Of a stretch of DNA of 64,000 nucleotides, positions 58,363 through 64,000 are shown one piece after another. This DNA is from an uncultured Candidatus Saccharibacteria bacterium. Its GTDB lineage: Bacteria; Patescibacteriota; Minisyncoccia; Phycocordibacterales; UBA9973. The notes beneath the pieces were generated by a model. The model was not told the origin of the DNA, did no database searches, and saw nothing but the letters and a program-made list of their open reading frames with translations. Numbering within the stretch: the stretch's first letter is position 1; each line of letters starts with the position of its first letter. The position numbers and the translations under genes are program-made. The stretch spans positions 4,809-68,808 of the forward strand of contig CAYHBR010000003.1 of the NCBI GenBank assembly GCA_964354985.1, given 5' to 3'.

Positions 58363-60366
58363 GTGTATAGTATCTCCATGCGAGATATATTTGAAGGACT
58401 AAATGACAAACAAAAAGAAGCGGCAAGTCACATTGACGGGCCGCTTTTGATTATTGCGGGGGCAGGTGCAGGAAAAACAAAAACGATAGTTCATCGTATT
58501 TTAAATATTATTGAGAAGGGGACAGCGCCAAACAACATCCTAGCGGTAACTTTTACCAACAAATCCGCACGCGAAATGCGCGACCGAGTACGCACAGAGA
58601 TACCAAGAGAGATGCCGATGCCTATTATGGCGACATTTCATTCTCTCGGAGCTATGATAATGCGTGAACACGGGGATGTTCTTGGTTTTTCAAAACACTT
58701 TAGCATTCTTGATCCAGATGATGGACTTACTATTATTAAAAATATTCTAAAAGATTTGGGGTATGACCCGAAAGATCACGACCCACGAGGACTGCGAGAG
58801 AAGATCTCACGCGCAAAAAACGAATGTCGAACAATCGAGGAATACAGCAGTGTTGCGAGGACTCCGATGGATAAACTGGCTTCACAAGTTTGGGGTTTTT
58901 ATCAGGCTGAACTTAAAAGACAAAACAGTGTCGACTTTGACGACTTGCTTTTGTTTCCGCTTGTAATTTTCGAAAAGCGACCAGAGATTTTGGAGTCTTA
59001 TCAAAATCGTTATCAATATATACACATAGATGAGTATCAGGATACAAACGAAGTTCAATATCGTCTGGCAAACCTTTTGGCAGCCAAGCATCAGCGTTTG
59101 TGTATCGTCGGAGATGCTGACCAAACTATTTACACCTGGCGTGGTGCACAGATAGAAAACATTTTGCGTTTTGAAGTAGACTACCCAATAGCCAAAGTGG
59201 TTTTGCTTGAGGAAAATTATCGCTCGACTAAAACTATTCTCGAGGCAGCAAATGAAATAATAAAGAAAAATGAAAACAGAAAAGAAAAAAATCTTTTTAC
59301 TCAACTTGAAAAAGGCGAGCCGATAACAACATTTGAGGGTTACGATGAGCGCAACGAAGCAAACTTTATTGCCGAAAGAGCAGGCGAAGCAATCTATGCT
59401 GGAATTCCCGGAAAAGAAATCGCCGTTCTTTATCGAACCAACTTTCAATCACGAATACTGGAGGAAGCAATGCTCTCGCACAATGTTCCTTATACTGTTC
59501 TTGGTGTTCGTTTTTTTGAAAGACGAGAAGTGCGAGATTTGCTGGCATATTTGAGAGCAGCGCTCAATCCAAAAAGTCAGGAGGACATAAAAAGGAGTAT
59601 CAACATACCTGCACGCGGTATCGGAAAAGTTACTCTTGCAAAAATGTTTGGGAATCTTTCTTTTGATTCAGAAAGAGAAAATTCAGAAATGGATGAAAAC
59701 ACAAACAACTCAAATCATATTAGTATTCCTGCAAAAACCCAGGCAAAAATAGATGAGTATTTTAAAATCATTAAAGAAATCGGTGAATTTGCCAAAATAA
59801 ATAAAGTTTCTGAAACTATCAAATTTGCACTCACTACTTCGGGTATTGAAAAAATGCTTAAAGAAAGTAGTGCTGACGATGTCGAGCGACTGATGAACCT
59901 CGAAGAACTCGTAACCCTTGGTATTCGCTATGACCATTTTTCGCCAGAAGAAGGCATTGAACAATTCCTAGCCGAGGCATCGCTCGCAAGCGACCAAGAT
60001 GAAAGCGACCGTGACAAAGCTGAAGGAGTAAGACTTATGACAGTACATTCGGCCAAGGGACTAGAATTTGATACGGTTTTTGTGACTGGACTTGAAGATG
60101 GACTTTTCCCACTTCGTCGCGACGGACAAAGACTTGGCAAAGAAGATGGCGAAGAGGAGCGCCGACTTATGTATGTGGCAGTTACTCGTGCCAAGAAAAA
60201 GCTGTATTTGTCACACTCTATGTTTAGAACAATATATGGAAGCAAGGAGGTTCGTAGTTCTTCGGAATATTTATACGACATACCGGAGCCACTACTAGAC
60301 AAAACCAATGGTGGCGGTGGAACTGAGCCAAATTATCGGGAAAAAACAATTTATTTTGATCTATAG
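58363..60366 (+). CDS. uvrD: ATP-dependent DNA helicase, UvrD/PcrA family (SF1)
   Basis: 667 aa with motif I AGAGAGKTKT, motif II-like DEYQDTN and motif VI ...VAVTRAK... Confidence 0.9.
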   Translation: MYSISMRDIFEGLNDKQKEAASHIDGPLLIIAGAGAGKTKTIVHRILNIIEKGTAPNNILAVTFTNKSAREMRDRVRTEIPREMPMPIMATFHSLGAMIMREHGDVLGFSKHFSILDPDDGLTIIKNILKDLGYDPKDHDPRGLREKISRAKNECRTIEEYSSVARTPMDKLASQVWGFYQAELKRQNSVDFDDLLLFPLVIFEKRPEILESYQNRYQYIHIDEYQDTNEVQYRLANLLAAKHQRLCIVGDADQTIYTWRGAQIENILRFEVDYPIAKVVLLEENYRSTKTILEAANEIIKKNENRKEKNLFTQLEKGEPITTFEGYDERNEANFIAERAGEAIYAGIPGKEIAVLYRTNFQSRILEEAMLSHNVPYTVLGVRFFERREVRDLLAYLRAALNPKSQEDIKRSINIPARGIGKVTLAKMFGNLSFDSERENSEMDENTNNSNHISIPAKTQAKIDEYFKIIKEIGEFAKINKVSETIKFALTTSGIEKMLKESSADDVERLMNLEELVTLGIRYDHFSPEEGIEQFLAEASLASDQDESDRDKAEGVRLMTVHSAKGLEFDTVFVTGLEDGLFPLRRDGQRLGKEDGEEERRLMYVAVTRAKKKLYLSHSMFRTIYGSKEVRSSSEYLYDIPEPLLDKTNGGGGTEPNYREKTIYFDL

Positions 60367-60442
60367 TTGATACGGAAGGTAAAAAATATCACTAGCAATA
60401 AATATATTTATCTGAAATAATGCTATATTTGTAAGATAATAT

Positions 60443-61381
60443 ATGAGCAAATTTGCAAAAAGACCACATTCTGGAAGGAAAGACAAAAGAGCTGGTGTTT
60501 ATAGAAAAGAAGACCTGCGGAGTGAGAGAGTTTTTTTAGCCGGAAAATCCCCATTCCTAGCCAAAAAGTCCCTCGGTCAGCATTTTTTAAACTCAAAGTC
60601 GGCTTTAGATAAGATAATCTCCGCTGGGGAAGTCTCTGCGGACGATATTGTCATCGAAATTGGCCCAGGAAAAGGGGCTTTGACAGAGGAATTGCTTAAA
60701 TATGCTGGGAAAGTAGTGGCTATAGAGAAGGACGGCGAGCTCGTAGCCGAACTGACTCAGAAATTCTCACACGCGATAGACGGTTTTCGGCTCGAGCTCG
60801 CCGAGGGAGACATCTTAGGCTGGGACATAGAAAAGACCGTATTCAAGAAAAAAGCCTTAAAGTATAAGGTTATTGCTAATATTCCATACTATATTACCAA
60901 TGCCATAATCAGGCTTTTCCTCGAGAGCGACACCCAGCCAGAGCGAATGGTTATTTTGATCCAAAAAGAAGTCGCCGAAAGGATAATTGCTAAAAACACA
61001 GCAGTAACTGGTAGTAAAAGTGGAACCGAAGGCAAGGAAAGCCTCCTTTCCATTGCCGCAAAAGCTTATGGTACGCCTAAAATCATAGCGAAAGTGTCAG
61101 CAGGATCTTTTACCCCTCCACCAAAGGTTGATTCGGCAATACTACTGATAAAAGACATTTCCAAGAAAAACTTCACTGGAATCGACGAAAAAACTTTTTT
61201 CAAGATTGTTCGCGCCGGCTTTGCCCACAAAAGAAAAAAACTCTCTGGAAACCTAACACTCCTCTATAATAAAGATAAAATTAATGCTGTTTTTACCAAA
61301 CTTAAAATGTCTCTCGATACGCGCGCCGAAGATATAAACATAAACGACTGGAAAAAACTTGCAAAAGAACTCACAAAGTAG
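60443..61381 (+). CDS. rsmA: 16S rRNA (adenine1518/1519-N6)-dimethyltransferase
   Basis: LGQHFL...IVIEIGPGKGALTEEL...NIPYYIT motifs; ~35-aa basic N-terminal extension. Confidence 0.9.
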   Translation: MSKFAKRPHSGRKDKRAGVYRKEDLRSERVFLAGKSPFLAKKSLGQHFLNSKSALDKIISAGEVSADDIVIEIGPGKGALTEELLKYAGKVVAIEKDGELVAELTQKFSHAIDGFRLELAEGDILGWDIEKTVFKKKALKYKVIANIPYYITNAIIRLFLESDTQPERMVILIQKEVAERIIAKNTAVTGSKSGTEGKESLLSIAAKAYGTPKIIAKVSAGSFTPPPKVDSAILLIKDISKKNFTGIDEKTFFKIVRAGFAHKRKKLSGNLTLLYNKDKINAVFTKLKMSLDTRAEDININDWKKLAKELTK

Positions 61382-61396
61382 GTTATAATATATAGC

Positions 61397-61732
61397 ATGA
61401 AATATTTCTTTATTGTCGTCGCAATTCTTGTCGGTTTTTCTGTAGCTACCAACAAATCCTCTGCATTTTCATTTTCTCCTCAATTACCATTCTTTGGAAA
61501 AGTAATATCGACAGTTTTACCTGGTGCAGTCTGTGCTCCAAATCCGCAAGTTGTTTTTTTGCTCAACCCTATTCCTTACTATGTTGCAAACCCTCTCACA
61601 ACAAAAAAACCAATACCCGGAGGATGGATACTTGGCCTGTATGACGTAGTGCCAAATATAAAATCCTGTTTTGAAGCAGGAGAGATTCCTTATCCAGTCA
61701 GAAACATTACTATATACGGTGTTTCAAAATAA
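61397..61732 (+). CDS. Hypothetical secreted protein
   Basis: 111 aa with a signal peptide (MKYFFIVVAILVGFSVA). Confidence 0.45.
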   Translation: MKYFFIVVAILVGFSVATNKSSAFSFSPQLPFFGKVISTVLPGAVCAPNPQVVFLLNPIPYYVANPLTTKKPIPGGWILGLYDVVPNIKSCFEAGEIPYPVRNITIYGVSK

Positions 61733-61751
61733 TTTAAATTTAGCAAAAAAA

Positions 61752-62657
61752 ATGATTGATAAAAAATATTTACCGAGTAAGAAATTTACAAAAATCGCAG
61801 TCACATCCGTTGCGACATTGGTAATTGTTTATTTTATTTTTTTATACTCAAAAACATATATAACATTAAAAAATCCTGAGATAACAACAATAAGTGTTCC
61901 AGTACAGGAATTGCTTGAGAAGGACACCGACGGCGACGGTGTCCGGGATTGGGAAGAAATCCTTTGGGGGACAGACATAAATTTACCTGCCACATTTAAT
62001 ACACCGGACAAAACCTACGTCGACAATAAAAAGAAAGAGATCGCGAGCAACAATAAGACTGAAACTGATTCTGTGGAGAAATTAAACGACACTGAAAAAA
62101 TAGCCCGTGAATTTTTAGCTACTGTTCTTACTCTTAAAGAATCTGGTAATTTAAACACTTCGAATATTACCAACTTAGCAAAAAAATTTAGTGGTGACAT
62201 CGGCAATCAAGCAAGCCTGTTAGAAAAATATGTTATGGCAGACATAAAACAAGGACCTGACACTGCAGTCGCAAAAAAAACATATTACGACAAACTAACA
62301 AAGGCTATGGCTACTGCCAAAAGCAATGGAATGGGTGATGAATTACAGACCATTGCCTCTTTTTTTTCAAACGACAACCAAAACAATGCTTCTCTTATAA
62401 AAATCGCTTCCACTTATAGTACTCTCACAAAAACTCTTTCGACAATGCAAGTTCCTGCCAGTGCTGTCGAACTACACCTTGCACTTTTAAATGAGAGTGA
62501 AAACATGTCTATGATTTTCAAAAACATCACAGAAATAAATGACAACTCAATAGTGGGACTTATCGCTATTTCACAATTTGAGATAAATGAGCCAAAACTT
62601 GAAAAAACAATAGCGAGCTTTATTACTTACTTTAAAAGCAATGGTATAATCAGATAA
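61752..62657 (+). CDS. Hypothetical membrane-anchored protein
   Basis: Start at MIDKKYL, avoiding overlap with the upstream gene; TM helix IAVTSVATLVIVYFIFLY; ~300 aa. Confidence 0.5.
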   Translation: MIDKKYLPSKKFTKIAVTSVATLVIVYFIFLYSKTYITLKNPEITTISVPVQELLEKDTDGDGVRDWEEILWGTDINLPATFNTPDKTYVDNKKKEIASNNKTETDSVEKLNDTEKIAREFLATVLTLKESGNLNTSNITNLAKKFSGDIGNQASLLEKYVMADIKQGPDTAVAKKTYYDKLTKAMATAKSNGMGDELQTIASFFSNDNQNNASLIKIASTYSTLTKTLSTMQVPASAVELHLALLNESENMSMIFKNITEINDNSIVGLIAISQFEINEPKLEKTIASFITYFKSNGIIR

Positions 62658-62661
62658 CTAT

Positions 62662-64000
62662 ATGCAAAACATTTTTAAAAAAAGTCTTATTGCTCTCTTT
62701 TGTTTAAATTTCGCACTCTCGCCACTTTTTTTTAATGTAAAAAAAGCTGATGCTCAGTTGGGTGACATTGCTGTTACTGCTATTGGTTGCTCTGGTTTGA
62801 TGGATAAAGTAACGAGCGCGATTTCCAATTTGGTTGGTGGTTTGACTGGGGTAGCTAGTGCTGTTCCTGTTTTAGATAATCCAGCAAATAAAAAGGAAGG
62901 TTGTCTCGATGCCATCGCTTACACTGCAGCAAAAATAGTGCTTGCCAAACTAACAAAATCAACTCTCAACTGGATAAATTCCGGCTTTGCTGGTTCTCCA
63001 ACTTTTGTCCAAGACCCCGGCTCTTTTTTTGAAAGTATAGCAAACGAGCAAGTAAACAGTTTCACCGCAAAAATAGCCTTCAACCCAGAGCAGTATCCGT
63101 TTGGAAGGTTTACCGCGCAAAATGTTATAAAAGGAATACAAGGACAACTCGACAACAACGCCAAAATCAGCTCCGGTTTTGTTTTAAAAGACGAAGCTGA
63201 TCCAAATAAACCCTACGAGGCACGCTTCGAGGCTTTCACAAACGACTTTCTTTACGCAGGTGGCTGGGATGGATATTTAGCTGTTACAGAGATAACTCAA
63301 GCCAACCCGTTTGATTCTTATATCAGTGCCGTAAATCATACTGGGCCAGTTGTAAGTGCGGCCATTAGCCAAAAAAATCCTGTTACGGCAATTGTTGGCG
63401 AACTCCAACAAGCTAGTGGTTTCCTTTCTTTGAAAAAATGTGGCAAACCTATTTGGTATGAAGACCCTAGTCGAGATACATCCTTCACCTTGGCACAGGC
63501 AGAAGCACAGGCAAAAAATGACCCAGCAGATGCAGATACACAAGAAGCAAAAGATTGGCTCTACTATCACAAGTGCGAAAAATGGGAAACCCAAACACCT
63601 GGAACTGCTATTGCCGAACAAATGAATATTTCCCTTGGTGACACAAAGCGCCAACTCGAGCTTGCAGATGAACTAAATGAAAGTATCAGTGCTATTTTCG
63701 ACGCACTTATGTCACAACTATTTAGTAAAGGAGTTAAAGCACTTTCGGGAGCTGACGACACAGGCTCAAATGTTAGCTCACTTGGGGGTTTTGGTTCAAA
63801 TACAGGAAGTTCGACAATTGGTTCAACCTCTACTACAGGATCTACGGCAGAATTTGACCAATGGTACAACCAAAATCAAACTTTTGACCTCAAAGAAGCG
63901 ATAGCTCCAGGAGGAGTATTAGATGACCCAGACTGCCAAATTCATTTTAGTAGCTCAACAGGAATAATATCGAACCCGGACGCTGTAAATGACCCTGCCT
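62662..64000 (+). CDS. Hypothetical secreted protein (3' end beyond window)
   Basis: An ATG at 62662 is followed by >440 stop-free codons to the window edge; signal peptide MQNIFKKSLIALFCLNFALSPLFF. It is not in the ORF track because it has no in-window stop. Confidence 0.55.
   Translation, partial: MQNIFKKSLIALFCLNFALSPLFFNVKKADAQLGDIAVTAIGCSGLMDKVTSAISNLVGGLTGVASAVPVLDNPANKKEGCLDAIAYTAAKIVLAKLTKSTLNWINSGFAGSPTFVQDPGSFFESIANEQVNSFTAKIAFNPEQYPFGRFTAQNVIKGIQGQLDNNAKISSGFVLKDEADPNKPYEARFEAFTNDFLYAGGWDGYLAVTEITQANPFDSYISAVNHTGPVVSAAISQKNPVTAIVGELQQASGFLSLKKCGKPIWYEDPSRDTSFTLAQAEAQAKNDPADADTQEAKDWLYYHKCEKWETQTPGTAIAEQMNISLGDTKRQLELADELNESISAIFDALMSQLFSKGVKALSGADDTGSNVSSLGGFGSNTGSSTIGSTSTTGSTAEFDQWYNQNQTFDLKEAIAPGGVLDDPDCQIHFSSSTGIISNPDAVNDPA

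Noticed and set aside
1-64000. Alternative genetic code (e.g. UGA recoding as in some candidate phyla)
   Set aside because: Conserved genes (tuf, fusA, pnp, rplB etc.) reach full length with standard stops and show no internal in-frame TGA. Standard code 11 is sufficient.

Overview
This is a 64 kb window of low-GC, tightly packed bacterial DNA. Most of it is translation, transcription and RNA-metabolism genes, broken up by small accessory insertions.

Positions 1-17.4 kb hold, almost entirely on the minus strand, a fragmented ribosomal-protein super-operon. The S10/spc part runs rpsJ-rplC-rplD-rplW-rplB | dgkA | rpsS-rplV-rpsC-rplP-rpsQ-rplN-rplX-rplE | antisense ECF sigma factor | rpsN-rpsH-rplF-rplR-rpsE(partial). 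The str part runs rpsL-rpsG-[hypothetical]-fusA-[membrane protein, SDR]-tuf. Non-ribosomal genes and intrinsic terminators are wedged between canonical neighbours, and no rpmC (L29) sits between rplP and rpsQ. An M50 protease and a plus-strand rpmB (L28) follow the str genes.

The rest of the window contains:
- pgk-tpiA.
- A cluster of very large secreted proteins: a glycine-rich 642-aa protein, a GW-repeat 735-aa protein and a small tandem-repeat protein.
- nusA, a membrane H+/Na+ pyrophosphatase, an RHH antitoxin with a truncated YoeB/RelE-like toxin remnant, and tig-clpP-rny. The trigger factor lacks its PPIase domain.
- A SIMPL protein, hup, three tRNAs that do not encode CCA, an adjacent CCA-adding enzyme, YraN, xth and a Xer-type tyrosine recombinase.
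- rpsO, then a NYN-domain gene and a lipoprotein gene, then pnp.
- A phage-flavoured module: DinD/Bro-N, an ORF6N protein, two unknowns and a DksA/TraR zinc finger.
- yifB/comM, a LysM-M23 peptidase, and a 350-nt gene-free gap with RNase-P-RNA-like motifs.
- An unknown 227-aa protein plus a 1137-aa coiled-coil/repeat protein, uvrD/pcrA, ksgA, and secreted or membrane hypotheticals; the last one runs off the 3' edge.

The gene content suggests a Candidate Phyla Radiation / Patescibacteria-type genome. The evidence is the fragmented ribosomal operons, the giant surface proteins, a ComEC-type MBL protein, H+-PPase, a PPIase-less trigger factor and non-encoded tRNA CCA ends. This is an inference, not a demonstrated fact. 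No rRNA, CRISPR array or clear integrated mobile element was seen.
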